Assembly: GCA_000165425.1 (NCBI GenBank)
Contig: CT868063.1
Span: 310,001 to 374,000 of the forward strand
Reading direction: 5' to 3'
Origin: Paramecium tetraurelia
Lineage: Eukaryota
DNA: 64,000 bases
Part shown: one piece after another, positions 27,201 to 40,328 of the stretch
Layout: the number at the start of each line of letters is the position of its first letter
Position numbering within the stretch: position 1 is the first letter of the stretch
Position numbers and translations under genes: made by a program
Notes under the pieces: generated by a model
Database searches by the model: none
Told to the model about the DNA's origin: nothing
What the model saw: only the letters and a program-made list of their open reading frames with translations

Positions 27201-29448
27201 TATTAGACAAATCCATAAGAAAAGTATTTTCTTAAGTGCAATTAAAGTACTGATTAAGGATCTGATCAATACAGCAATAGTATAAAACACTTTAGCAAAA
27301 AATAATGATTTAAATATTCTCAAGATTTTAAGTGATTTTATAAAGGCGATCTCTCTATCATCATTATATATTAGCGGTTAATTAAAGGTGACTAAATAGA
27401 AGATTAAAAACCATTGGGATAAGATTATCAAAAAATCGAAAACATTAATTCTCTTTGAAAAAAAATCTTAAATTCCTTTTCCACAAAATTAAATCGTAAT
27501 CTCTAAAAATGTATAAAGAATGCAAATAAAATCAATCAACTATAACTTCTCATTCAAGATTTATGGAATACCATCATAATCAAAGGCAATACCAAAAGCA
27601 GAAAGAAAGATAAACAAAGTATTAATCACTAAAATTTTTGGAGAGTTTAATAGTTTATTAATAAACAATTCCTATTCAGCATCCTTAATATTTACGTTTT
27701 ATTCTTCCCTAAAATAGATGTTAAAATTAGAAGTTTAATTTCCTTTTTCTTTTTGCTTACTAATAACACTTAGACGATTTATCAACTATTATTGATTTTT
27801 TTTCTTTATCTCTTCCTCAATCTATTATTACTCTTACTTTAACTTCTTTTAAGTATTTTTAATTGAAGATTTCTCCATAAAGGATTCATAAAACAAAGCC
27901 AAAAGCAAATTGGACATAATAAAAGCCATCAATAGAATCATAATCAAAAAATAAGTTGCAGTTACATATGTTGTCATAGCTTTCCAAAACTAAAATTTCA
28001 TAAATGTTTACCATAAACGTTGTCCCAGACCAACCAGTCACATTTAAAAATGTAAAGACAACTAATAAGGAATTAAAAAAATTATCAAATCTTGTAAAAT
28101 TCCAAGTAAAGGCTTCTATATCATTTTCGGTTTCATTTCTAGGCAAATCATAATCCAAAAGACTTCCACAATAAGTATTTTCTGGACATTCCCATATTCC
28201 ACATAACTTTTATATATTTGGATCGGCTATCCACACATTATCTATAGGATATTGAGTCAATCGACATCTTCTTTCAGTTAAACCTATAAATAAGTGCAAA
28301 CCAATGATTGAAAAATAGATCATAACCAAAAAAATGGGAATCAAGACCTGTTTTACTCTTAAAAAGCTGCCAACATAAGCATTAAATTAAATCTTTAAAA
28401 TCGATACCTCCTCTATAAATCTAAAAATTCTCAAGAACCTTATTGCTTTTATTATTTATGAAATCTGCGAATCATCCAAAAACAAACACCAAGTAAAGAG
28501 AAATGCCATAAAATTCAAGAAATTCCAAATATTCTTCAGGTATGATTTCTTACTTAAAATAAACCCACTTGCTATTGATTTTAAAATGATATCTATTCCT
28601 ATTATGATATTAACAATGATTTCTATTCCCTCGCTTATTATAGATTCCTCCATGCAAAATGGTACAATTCCAACGATTGCTACGATCAGAAATACTTACT
28701 GATATTTCCTTGATTATAGCATATATATATACTTTGATTTTATGGTAGCAATAACTTTAATCCGTAATGGACTATTGATATCAAAAATAAAGAAAGATCT
28801 ACTTGATTGCTATTCGTCCTACAATATCAAAGTTCCTAGTTTTTCAGGATACTTTAAGCTTACTAAATCCGGGCGATTCAAAAGATTTTGCCAATCAAAT
28901 ATCTCTCCTTCTGATATTAAAATTTATTCCAATCTCATAGATTGAATAGAATAGATTGCTTCATCTACTTGGGATTATGGCAACTCCTTAAATTCAATAC
29001 CCAACTTTTTTAAAGTGGAAGACATTATTTATTTTTAACATTAAAAATATAGATTTTGACATTCATCTAAATCCAAGTCGAACTCCAACATTATTTAATA
29101 TTAATAATTGGATTCCGCCCTCAAGATCGAATAGCAACTAGAAGAGTGTAACAGGACATGTCTATCAAAAGTTCCCATTTTATTCTTAGAATCAAGTTCT
29201 GAGTTTTAGAGAATTCTTTTTTCTTTATTGGGTAACTTATGATTCTTTAATTTTTTCAACTTCTATCTTAAACATGTTCCCACCTCTTAAATATTAATTA
29301 TTTACTTTGACTTTTTTATCCTTTTTAATATTACACTTTTCCACTACAATGACAATTTTATATAACAGATTTGGTTCCTTTTACTTTGCATCCATATCAA
29401 CATCTAAAACATGATTTGAAGCTTTACTATTTGCTAGTTTGTATTCAT
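24221..29448 (-). CDS. Four-domain voltage-gated Ca2+/Na+ channel-family alpha subunit
   Basis: Four 6TM repeats, pore loops NVTGW / YNEEW / TTEAW / SSEQW, NLFIA after IVS6, EF-hand WAQYDPKGTGFL and IQ-like IFIQGKIR; start uncertain (in-frame ATGs from 29025 up to 29448). Confidence 0.9.
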
Positions 29449-29708
29449 TTTTCTTCAATTTCCTATTCTCATGTTAGTTTAATTTGAGATAACTAATTTA
29501 TGAAAATAAAAATTTAGTTAATAAACCTAATTTATCGAATTAATCAGCTCTCCTTATTTAAGCATTAAAGTAATAACTATTCAACTCAATAAATTTAATT
29601 AAATCCTTAATGGCTTCTGATTTATTTTTTATTTAACTAAATTGAATTTCATCTTATACCTGATCTACTATTCGGATAGATAATTGAAGCAATTTTTAAT
29701 TGTATTGA

Positions 29709-30032
29709 TCAATACACTATACTTTTGTATAAAGTTGAATAGCAGCTTATAATTTCAAGTCTCAAAGTAGTTGATTTAAACATTCTTTCAATTCTTAACT
29801 TTTTCTTGTACTTATCGATGATTCCAGAATTTCTTAATGTTTGGATCATCTTTCGTACCATCGATGTGTAGTTTCTTTGCTCCTTCACTTTTCCCATAAT
29901 ATATCTAAATTAGGGATTCCTTTCAGTTAACCATATAAGTGGTTGCTCCATGTGAATATCAAATTTGCATTAACCATTTACTTTCCCTAACATTTCCAAA
30001 CCTTCAACATACCTATTTTCAGCAAGAAACAT
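29709..30032 (-). CDS. Possible small basic hypothetical protein
   Basis: 107-codon open frame MFLAENRYVEGLEMLGK..KKKLRIERMFK; competing open frames exist on the other strand. Confidence 0.3.
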
Positions 30033-30118
30033 GGCTTTGTCAATGATCCGAATAAATTGACTTTAGAAAATTAAATCAAATATATATATAATTTTAAAAT
30101 GAACTTGTTTAATAGAAA

Positions 30119-33100
30119 TCAAATCTAATTAATAAATGCTTTCAGAATCAATTCATAGCTAATGTTATCCTAAACTCCTGGCTTCAAAAATCCTCCTGAT
30201 ATTTTTAATTCAATTTTTGTTTCTTTCCATTGTCCTATCTTCTTTAGAGCTTCAATAGAGGCAATAAATTAATCTGGCTGAGGAGGTTTGAAAGTAAATG
30301 TTATTACAACCTCATTTCCTGGTTATATGGCACCTTTTTAATTATCACACACAAAGTATTTTTCATCTTTCTAGTAAAAATCATAGGAAATTAAATATTA
30401 CAGATAGTATTACTTCATAATTAACAGGTTTCTCCATTTTTGGATCTAGAAGTTTGCAACTACCAATCACTATTTTTCTAGAGTTATCTTCTTCTTTCAA
30501 TTTCTCAAATTCAAGCATAATCTTATTGTTTAAGTAGGTGTAGACCTTTTCCTCATCCTTTAATTTCAATTAATCAAAGGGAAATTCAATTTTCTTGTTA
30601 ATTTCATTGATTTAAGGAATCAAATTGTAAGGCTAATAAATATTTACATAAGCTTAACGATTATAGCAATATCCCCAAATGAACACTCTCTTCTCAGATT
30701 TCTGATTAGGTACATGAACAGATATTAGATCATAAAATTTATCAGACACTCGATCAGGTTTAAAAATCACCTTACAAGTAATTTCTTATTAAGCATTGAC
30801 AATTGCCTCTTAAGGTATAAATTAAAAGACTTCAGTTCCACAAGAATTTTGAACTCCCCTAGCCTTGCTTATTAATTAAAATTTGATTGGGAAATTTGAA
30901 ACATTCGTTATTTTAAATGTTCTTTCAGCATACTCTCCCAATACTACTCCTCCAACAGATATTAATCCATTTTCTGGTACCACCTTTACTTCTGGTCTCA
31001 CACCTATTCCTTTTAATTTCGCTGAAACTGCTGCGTGATCACAATATAATTTTAAAGTCTCCTCGAATGGTTGATCTTCTGTGGGTTAAAATTACACAAT
31101 TAAAGATTTCTTATTACTAGGTTCTATTGTTCTGAGAGCATTTAAAATTGTAAATCCACAAGAGATTGGCAACATCTGCATTTTCAATTCAGCCTTGAAT
31201 GGAGTTTGATTGAAAACAGTAAGCTCTTTTGTTTGTCTAATTCCCACTGCCACTTCACCAAAATCTATTATGGTTTTACTCAAAAGCAAACTCTTTTGAA
31301 TGGTGACAGTAGAAATTTATAAGTATATTACTTATTTTGCATTATCTGGCATATCAGTGTATTTGAAATAACATGGAATCAACCAAGAATAATGTTATGA
31401 ATAATCTTATAGAATATGATGATACAATACTTAAATCTTCAGGTTTGTTGAATTCAACAAGAGTTCCTCCAAGATTTCTTAATTCTTTAGCACTATCAAA
31501 CTATTTTTCAAATTCTTCTCTTTTAATTCTTTCCTCTTCTTGTTTTAATTTTTCTAATTCTGCTTGTCTTCTTTCATCTTCTTCAAGTTATTACTATTAA
31601 GCTTTTGTTAATTTCTCTGGTTTTTTTTAATCCTTTTTAACTTCCTTTTTGGCAGCCTTACCTTTAGCAGCCATTTCCTCTTCTTTTTTCAATTCCTCTT
31701 ATTCTCTTTTCTTTCTTTCCTCTTCTTCATATCTAATTTTTAATCTCAATTCAAAATTGTTATTTGGATCATTTTCATATTTTTCTTTCAATTCTTAGAG
31801 AGTATAAGCTCCTAATTTTTTAAAGAAAGAGTCATATTCCAAATGTACTTATATTAATTAATCCCTTTAAATTTATTGAACCATCGGAGCCATTCTAAGA
31901 CCGCATAATTCATAGAATGGTAAAAAGAATTCAATGATAATGTCTCTTTAAGATATATTTTTGATATCAATGGTGGTTGAATACTTTTCATCAATTTATT
32001 AGACTGGAATATCAAATTTAATTCCTGAAAATTCTAGAGGACATTTAGAGATTTCACAAGTGTAAGGTATTCTGATTTCTTTTGTTGATATAGTACCTGA
32101 AACTATTTTGCATTTTAAAATTCCTTCATCTTATCTATCACTAATTCCAATTACCTTCTAAGTTCTATATATTATATCTGTTGTAAATTTTTATTTAGGA
32201 AGTAAACGCAATGGCACCAAATCAGTTGTAATTGAAATCTCTTTCGGTAAAGGGTAGATGGCCAATTCTTAGGGTAAATCGCTTAAATTCTCAAATGTGA
32301 TGGCTCTTTTTGCCCCTTATCCATCAAACAGTTTTCCAAAATCTAGTCTTGCAGGTGTAATCTGAAGAGTAGCCATAGTCATCTACGCAACAATATTAAA
32401 GGGAACAGGCATTTTCTAATCAGCTCCTATCAATTTAAAGGGAACATCTATAACATTATCCTTGAAAAACCTTTGACATATTGTTTGTAATTGTCTTTCT
32501 GCATTAAACTTGACCCAAATCTCAAATTTAGAATTTCCTTATATGTATCCCAATTTTGGATTAAACTCGAAGAAATCTTTAGTCTCTTTGGGAGTTTAAA
32601 TTTAAATTTTCATGGCATTCTAACTTCTATTAAAGAACACAATCTTCTCTCTGTAAATATGGTTGAATAAACAAATTTGGAAATTATAAATTTGTTTTTC
32701 TACATAGATGGGTACTTCAGTGCAATAGCCTCTAATTTCAATTTGACAAGGGGGAGAATGCAAGAAGTTTTCGTAATACAGTGTGAGAGGCAATGAAAAT
32801 GGACCAACTTCTGCTGGAATATATTGAATTGGTATTTTAAGCATGGAATATCCTTATAGGACATGTTGTCTTTAGAATTTAAGCTATTTCAAGTAGGGTA
32901 GAATGCCTTCTTCATCAAAGGGTCGATCTCTATTTGATTTTTAAGAGACTGATTCAGTAGCTATTGTTTACAAATCCATGCCTTTTGCACTTCTAATGAA
33001 AACATCTGTATCAAGAGCACCTAAATTTTGAATTTTGAGAATGAGAGTTGAATCCTCTCCTAAGATAACTTTGCCAAAATCAATAACAGGTTATTCTACT

Positions 33101-33635
33101 TTTGCAATTGCTTTTTTGCTTGTGCACAGAATATGAATTTAGAAGGGTCCAGTCTCAGCTTAGCATTACAATTAGACATCGATATCATCATTTAATTATG
33201 GAGTAAATCTAACTGTTATCGGACATGACATGCCTGCCGAAACTCTGCCTGGAGGAGTGTATATCAGTTCAAAGAAATCCTTAAGTCAAAATTATAGGTT
33301 ACCCTAACAGCTTCTGGAAGTGGGAGTATTTTGAATGAATTGAAAGTGTAAGAAACATTGGTAAGTTACATTATTATGGTGTGTGGCTTGCCTACATCAA
33401 AATCCTATAATAAGTATCTACATCATACTTTGAAAATTATCTCAGCAGGTTTAGAAATGAAAGCCACTCCCTCAAATTTCCTACCTTGTACTATTTAATC
33501 TTTGTAAATGTTTTCTTTGTGACGCTGACGAGCCTTGTCAAAATATTCCTTCTCAAGAGGAGTTAGCTCCTTTAGCTTTATTATTCTTTATCCGAATTCG
33601 TCTTGTCTTGGTGACTCTTCCTCTTAATCTGACAT
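30119..33635 (-). CDS. CFAP74: Cilia- and flagella-associated protein 74-like (ASH/Ig-like domain axonemal protein)
   Basis: QIVQGRKFEGVGFISKPAEIIFKDFDVGK..LTNVSYTFNSFK..PPGRVSAGMSC, repeated (I/L)DFG ASH-type repeats, ends YELILKAFINQI. Confidence 0.8.
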
Positions 33636-33644
33636 AATAAATTA

Positions 33645-34265
33645 ATGTTATTAAGAAAATCAATAAATTACTTTTCTATTTTCACAAACAAATTACCTAA
33701 GACATATTATGAGGTCTTAGAAGTTACTCCTAAGGCAACAACTAAGGAAATCAAATTGCAATATATTAAATTGGTGAAGTAGTACCATCCTGATAATGGT
33801 GAATCTGGATCAGAAGAGAAATTCAAAGAAATCTCTAAAGCCTATCAAGCACTTAAGGATCCAATTAAAAGATAACTCTATGATTCTGATGCATTAAATT
33901 TTGAATAATCTGGAGAAGCACATTCAGCAAATGATATGAATCCTGATTCCTATTTTTATAGCACAAATAAAAGGGAGTACTATTAAAATAAATGGTACAA
34001 TTTTAGAAAGCCATCTTATGAAACACTACATTAAGAATAAACATACTAATTTGTTGATGAACTCACATCTAAAGCGATTATTGGCAGAGTACTTATAGTT
34101 TTAGGTGTCTATGCCATTTGGGATTTATATAGATTATATTCTAGAAGATAACATAAGAAGTTTTTAGAAACTCAAAAAGAAATACTTGATTCAAGTTTCA
34201 TTCAGGCACCGTTGGAATAATATATTGATACTAGATAAACCGAGATGTAATTAGACTTAGATTGA
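33645..34265 (+). CDS. DnaJ (J-domain) protein with probable mitochondrial presequence and C-terminal TM
   Basis: Intronless 206 aa; [52 protein letters not shown]. Confidence 0.9.
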
Positions 34266-34339
34266 TAATATGACATAGATTGTTTAAGTATAATCAAAAT
34301 ATTTGTAAAAATGATAAAAATTACATATAAAGATACATA

Positions 34340-35893
34340 TCATTCGTTGATTTCTTCGATTTAGTTTGATTGTTATTCTAGATCTTTAGGGTATTATTTT
34401 GCAAATTCAATTTAACTCTCATTAACAGTTTCTAAATTATTCTTCATACGACTCAAATAAGTAGAATCTGAATTGTTAACTCGCATAGTGTTAATCTCCA
34501 ACCAAGGGTATTCTTTGATGAGTTTCTTTCTAGTAAATTCAGATCTGCAAAATGGACAATTTTTCTATCTCAATAGCCATTCCTCAAGACACATGGAATG
34601 GAAAATATGAAAACAAGGAGTTACAGAACAAATCTTTTGTAGTTTCGTAGTAGCCTTCTTCATTTATTCTAAACACACAGCACATTCTTCAAATTAAGAT
34701 AAGCCTGGATATACTTTAGTGATTTTTTCATAGTTATGTCCTTTAAAGTGATCTTTAATAAACCTTAACGAGAAACCTCATAAGTTGCTTAAGTTGTACC
34801 TTTGTTATTGGCTTGGATGATTTAGCGATCTGGACTTTAGGCTTGCATTTGTTCCATATTTTGAACTTGGTCTAGATTTCTTCTAATGACCTCTTGTATT
34901 TGTTATTGGAATTATCGTTGTTACCGAGATTTGAGAGCTGATAGCCCGAAAGCAAATAAGAGCAATGATCCTACCACACATCCAGTCACAACAATGATAA
35001 TTTTATTTCTTTCAAAAGTGCTTTCTTACTCCTCTTCATCTGTGATGATCTTGAATTGTAGGTTCACAGATTTAGATTGATTATTGTAGATTCCTATATA
35101 AATTACATCGACATAGGTATTATTCAATTTGCTTCTTAATTCTTATTGAATATTATTGAGTGCCAATAATTTCTAGCTGTTCTTCATAGTTGGGATACTC
35201 AATTACGGATTTACCTTTAATACAAAGCTATAATCTATATATGATAATACACAATTAAATACATAATTCGTCCTCTTCGTTTTATAAAAATAGATTTATG
35301 TCCTTAGAACTAAATTTGTACTGAAAATACTTCCAATCGTGCGAATCTAAGGTAAATGAGGAAAAAACGTTGCTCTGTATCTATGTGGATTGGAATTAGC
35401 AATATTATCCGAAAGCACCATCCAAACAGTGACATTATTCAGCTACACAGACAGAATCCATGACGTCAGGATAGTTGTATCCATTACAATCATTTATGCA
35501 ACCTTGCACATGTTGGTTTTCCGAATAATAGATCTCTAGACTGATATGCTAGTATTGAGTTTAGTTTAATTGTAAACATTTTATATAGATTAATGCGACG
35601 TAATCTAATTGGACAAGCTGATTCTCATTATTTGCTAAGTAACTTTGATAGTCATAAATTTCAGCTCCCTTTGGGTTGTAAGATAAATCAAGATCACTTA
35701 GTTTGGTTGATTCCAAATCGCTTGGAGAAACTAAACAAAGTACATCGTCTTCTCTTTTGTCGAATTTGATTATTAAACTGTTCACTTTTTAGGTATAGTT
35801 TAGTTAAATCATCTATTGGGTATCTGGTTAGGCTGTTCCATAGTAATTGGGTAAACTTTACACAAGCCATAAGAATATGGTATAAATAATCAT
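34340..35893 (-). CDS. Type I membrane RING-H2 E3 ligase with EGF-like ectodomain
   Basis: Signal peptide MIIYTIFLWLVQS; CINDCNG..CVAEQCHCLDGAFGQYC; TM IIIVVTGCVVGSLLLFAFGL; CAVCLE..PCFHIFHSMCLEEWL..CPFCR. Confidence 0.85.
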
Positions 35894-35903
35894 TTATAAA
35901 TTA

Positions 35904-37711
35904 ATGTGTACAAAAAAAATAGGGGTTTACTAAATGGATTTGACCATCAAATTGGGACGAGGAGCCTATGGAGATGTGTATCCTGGCCAAGACAAAAATG
36001 GTCTTTTTATTGCTATCAAATAAATAGCATTGCCCAACAAGGATGAGAAGGAAGTGGAGAAGGCTTTAAACATGGCCAAGAATGAGATTTCAGTAATGCG
36101 AACCATCCAGGATGTGAATGTAGTCAAATTTGTAGATATGGTGAGAACGTAAAACAACTTGTATCTGATGATGGAATACTGCAATGGAGGGAGTTTAGAC
36201 AAATATATTTGCAAGAAATGTTCAAAGGATGAAAGATATTTGGCGGAAAAGGAAGCCAAAATAATCATGAAATAAATAGTTTCAGGCTACAATGCTCTCT
36301 ATTAGCGTAACATTGTACATAGAGATCTTAAATCTGCCAATATATTAATACATGATGGTGTTGTTAAGATAGCGGATTTTGGATTTAGCAAATTCCTAGA
36401 AAAAACAGATGAATAGTTATTGTACACTTATGCTGGCAGTCCTTTGTATATGGCACCTTAGATTTTATAATAAAAATAATACACCAATAAGGCTGATGTT
36501 TGGTCTATGGGAATTATATTTTATGAAATACTTTTTGGCAAACTACCTTGGCATGCTATCACAATTCCAGATTTGATTAATAAAATTAAAAATGAAGAAC
36601 TGCACATACCTCAATTTCCAGTTGTTTCAGATTTGATGAAGGAACTCATTAAGAAGATGTTATAGAAAGAAGAAGCAGACAGGATTTGTTGGAAGGATGT
36701 CTAAAATCATGCTTATTTTAATGAACAAATGGAGTTCGAATATTTAACCAATCTAAGAAATTCCTATAATGAGATTGAAGAAGAAACTGATGAGCTAAAA
36801 AAATCAAATGCCAAAAAGAACATTTATTTTCAATAGTAAAATGTTGTCTAACATGTCTATCATGCTGAACAAATATAAGACTAAATTTAGAATGCATGTC
36901 CTGGCATTCTAGAAGCTAAGTAAGAAATCAAATTAGAAAATCATAAGAAGAATAGAAACTTAGATTAAATGTACAAAAAATAAAAAGAAAAAGTATCAAT
37001 TCAATCATAGATGCAATTAATTTCAGATTGGGTTGTGCATCGAAAGAATAAATCAGCATTTGTCAGTTTAATTAATTCTTAGCTATATGATTAATTTTAA
37101 TAAAGTAACTCTTTAGACTAATATAATTAGATTTAAAAACTGTTTTAAATGAATAATTATTCTGGGGATTCTTGTTTCTATTAACAAAGTATCAAAATAG
37201 CATTCTTTTCAAAATGAAATGCAGACTATGCAGTGGTAGATTAGATTCTAACAATTAAAGATGTTCTGCTGAAGATTGGAAGAAGTTTTGTAAATCTAAA
37301 GAAGGACAGACTTCCCTAAAAGTGATTGAACATGATTTTCAAGTTATTAATCAATTTTGGGATTCCATTATACCTGAAACTCTTAAATCATTGCAAGGCA
37401 CTCAAGATTAACTTCTATTAAGCATCCTTAAAGTCTGTAATAAGAATCAAATTGAAAAATAATCCTTTGATTGCATTTTCAAGAATGCAGCCAAAGCAGT
37501 TCTAGAAGCAGTTAAACTAAGAATAATTTAATAAAAAAATAATATTTCCTTGTAACTTTTAAGATTTGGATAACATTTATAAAACAGTTTAGACATGAAT
37601 TAATTATTTAAATTCAAAGGGCCAAAACAAATCGATTTTTTCAAGTATTATGAACAAGTTGAAAATTTTACTACGTAATAAATTCTTCAGAAATTGAATA
37701 TATAATTATGA
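35904..37711 (+). CDS. Ser/Thr kinase, ULK/ATG1-like ciliate family
   Basis: LGRGAYGDVY, MMEYCNGGSL, VHRDLKSAN, IADFGFSK, AGSPLYMAPQIL, ADVWSMG. Confidence 0.88.
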
Positions 37712-39164
37712 AATCAAACTTTGGATATTAATCCAAAATAATATTTAAATGATCTGAGATATTCTTTAAAATTATTGTGAATCTATACTAGAGTCTTATT
37801 TACTCTTCAATTTCTGACTCATTAATAGAGAATATGCAAAAATTGTATTTTTTATCCAATTTATCTAAGTCTATGAGTATAATTTCCAATTAGACATAGA
37901 GATATTTAATTAAACAAAAGTATTTATTTCTTTAAAATAACTTCTCCTATTATAAAAATCAATACTTTTCCAAAGGGAACAATTATTGTAATTTTCCTAT
38001 ATTTTTTAAACCAATTAATTATGATAAATTCTTTAAATTTTTCCTGAAGAATAGATATCTTTTCTTTACAAGAATTTTATAGAATCATTTTTTAACTATT
38101 AAGGTCATATGAAATAGTTAATAATCAACAATGATAAATAAATTTCAATTTTTTTTCTCCTTTATGGATTCTTTCGATTATAACCCACCCAATAAGATCA
38201 GTAAATTAAACTTTTATAATAAATCGATTTTTTGTATTATTTGAATTGTTTTTCCCCCTAACTAAGATAAGAAGATCTTAATATAAAGTAATTTCGATAG
38301 CTAATTTTCTAGCGCAATTACTCAAATTTTAATAAATGATTTAATTAAATTATAAATATATTACAATTCCACTCAAAATCTTAAGAGTCAATTCATAAAT
38401 AGAATGTCATTTTACCTTCTCATTTATTACTAATTTACATTTATAAGATTATTATAATTTGAACTTTCTTATATTAGAATTTACGCTTAGGTTTGTTAAA
38501 TTTAGATTCGCAGCAATAAAATTTAATTAAATTGAATTGTCTCCTTTTTATATAAACATCTAAAATTAATCAATAATGGTATTTAAAACAAAGCATTTTT
38601 TATTTGAGCTAGATATCCTGAAGTTCATTTAATGTAATCGAATTTATAGGCTTTTTCATAATAAAATTAGTTCAGCTATTCAGAATTCGAACAATAAAAT
38701 CTTCTCAAATTTTAATAAAAATAATTATCAATCAAACATTTCCACTAGATTATACTAATCTTAAGATTTTTGGCTAATAAATAATTCAGGACTATCAAGT
38801 AGTCTAGTTTCAAATATTTGATTTAAAAAGAAATTTATGAGGATTAACACAAATATAGGAGTGTCAATAGTTATGATATGCTAAGAAAAAGGATATTGGT
38901 ATTGTTTGGGTCTTAATTGAGGAATCATGTAAAGTAAATAAATTGATATTAGATATATATTCAATTATTTTCTTTGGTTGTGGCTTCAGTGGGCATTTGG
39001 AGGAATAAATATGTAGCATTCATGAGTATTTAATATTTATTTATAAATAAGTTATTGCTCTATATTAATTTTAGAATACCCGTTTTTGAAAATTAGATGA
39101 ATTGAAAGTATTTGTTATTTAACATAGTTAGAGGGTGGGCTGATTAATATTATTTATTTTAGAG

Positions 39165-40278
39165 ATGAAAGCTACGATTGCAATCCTTTTATTGGTGAGC
39201 ATAGCCTCAGCAACTTCAACTCATGATTAAATTATGGCATTACTTCAAACAGGAACAAAAGCTATGGATGCCATTGACACAGTCTTTGGTTTGTTGAATG
39301 ACCTGATTCAATCAAATAAGGATGCTCAATTTGCTGCTGATTAAAAGAATGAAACAGATGAATGGATTGGTGCATAGTAATATCATGATCTAATTCTAGA
39401 ACTATTGAACAATTCACTAAGATCAAGACCTTGAACTAAAAGCTATTCTAATAATCAATTGAAAATAGAGTGCAATTTGAATAAGAACTTTCAGACACAA
39501 AGAATTATTTGGCATGGAATGAATAAAGATAAGATGAAATTGCAAGAAAAATTTAAGTCTTATTAGATGAATAATGTTTGAGCAACTAACTTTTCGTCAG
39601 ATCAATCAAATAAAACAGAGAAGCACTCGAAGTAGTCAGAGTCCTTAAGCAAGACGTTGCAGGGTATATCATAAATGGAGATTCATTCGAACTCGTCTAA
39701 GAGAAAGCTACTAGTGTCGCTGAAAAATTAAAGGCTTACAGCACTCTTTTCAATGAAAACGAAGTCAAATCTTTCCTCAGTTTAGCTTCTAAATAAGAAG
39801 ATGGATCTGTATTAATCCTAATTTTATTCCTTAGGTTAGTAGAGGTGCCACTTTAGCTGAAAGAGTCTTGGCAGTTTTGGAATCACTTGAAGCCAATCTC
39901 TAAGCTTCTCTTGAGGCTTTGGAAGTCAATGAAATCAATGCTTCATGGGAATTAGCTGGATGGGTCTCTTTGAGTGAAGCTGAAGTTGCTAATTTGAAAG
40001 TTGAATACGAGAGAAAATAAGTTTATGCTGACAGACTCGCCACTGTATTTCATCTTATATATTTTATTTAGTAAATCTAAGCTGCCTTAGCCTAATAAGC
40101 AAAATCAAAGATTATCCTCTAAGAATCCCAAGATGCTCTTGACTAAGCCCAATCTGATTTGGAAAACAAGAGAGCCGACTATGCTGAAGCCAAAGCCAAA
40201 AGAGATGAAGAAAATGCTATATTGGAGCAAGTCATCATCATTTTCAAGAAATAAGTTGCCTCTTGGTCTGGAAGATGA
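39165..40278 (+). CDS. Trichocyst matrix protein (TMP / granule lattice family) precursor
   Basis: Signal peptide MKATIAILLLVSIASA; LLQTG..DAIDTVFGLLNDL; two acidic coiled-coil halves with central spacer; three tiny introns; high-expression codon usage. Confidence 0.82.
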
Positions 40279-40328
40279 TTAATATATGAAAAACTATAAA
40301 ACAATCAAATTATGTGATAATATAAAAA

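Noticed and set aside
20959..33635. Run of co-oriented minus-strand genes resembling an operon (DUF1295, CHAP, C2H2 factor, channel, CFAP74)
   Set aside because: Functions are unrelated and co-oriented runs are common in this compact genome; no evidence of co-transcription
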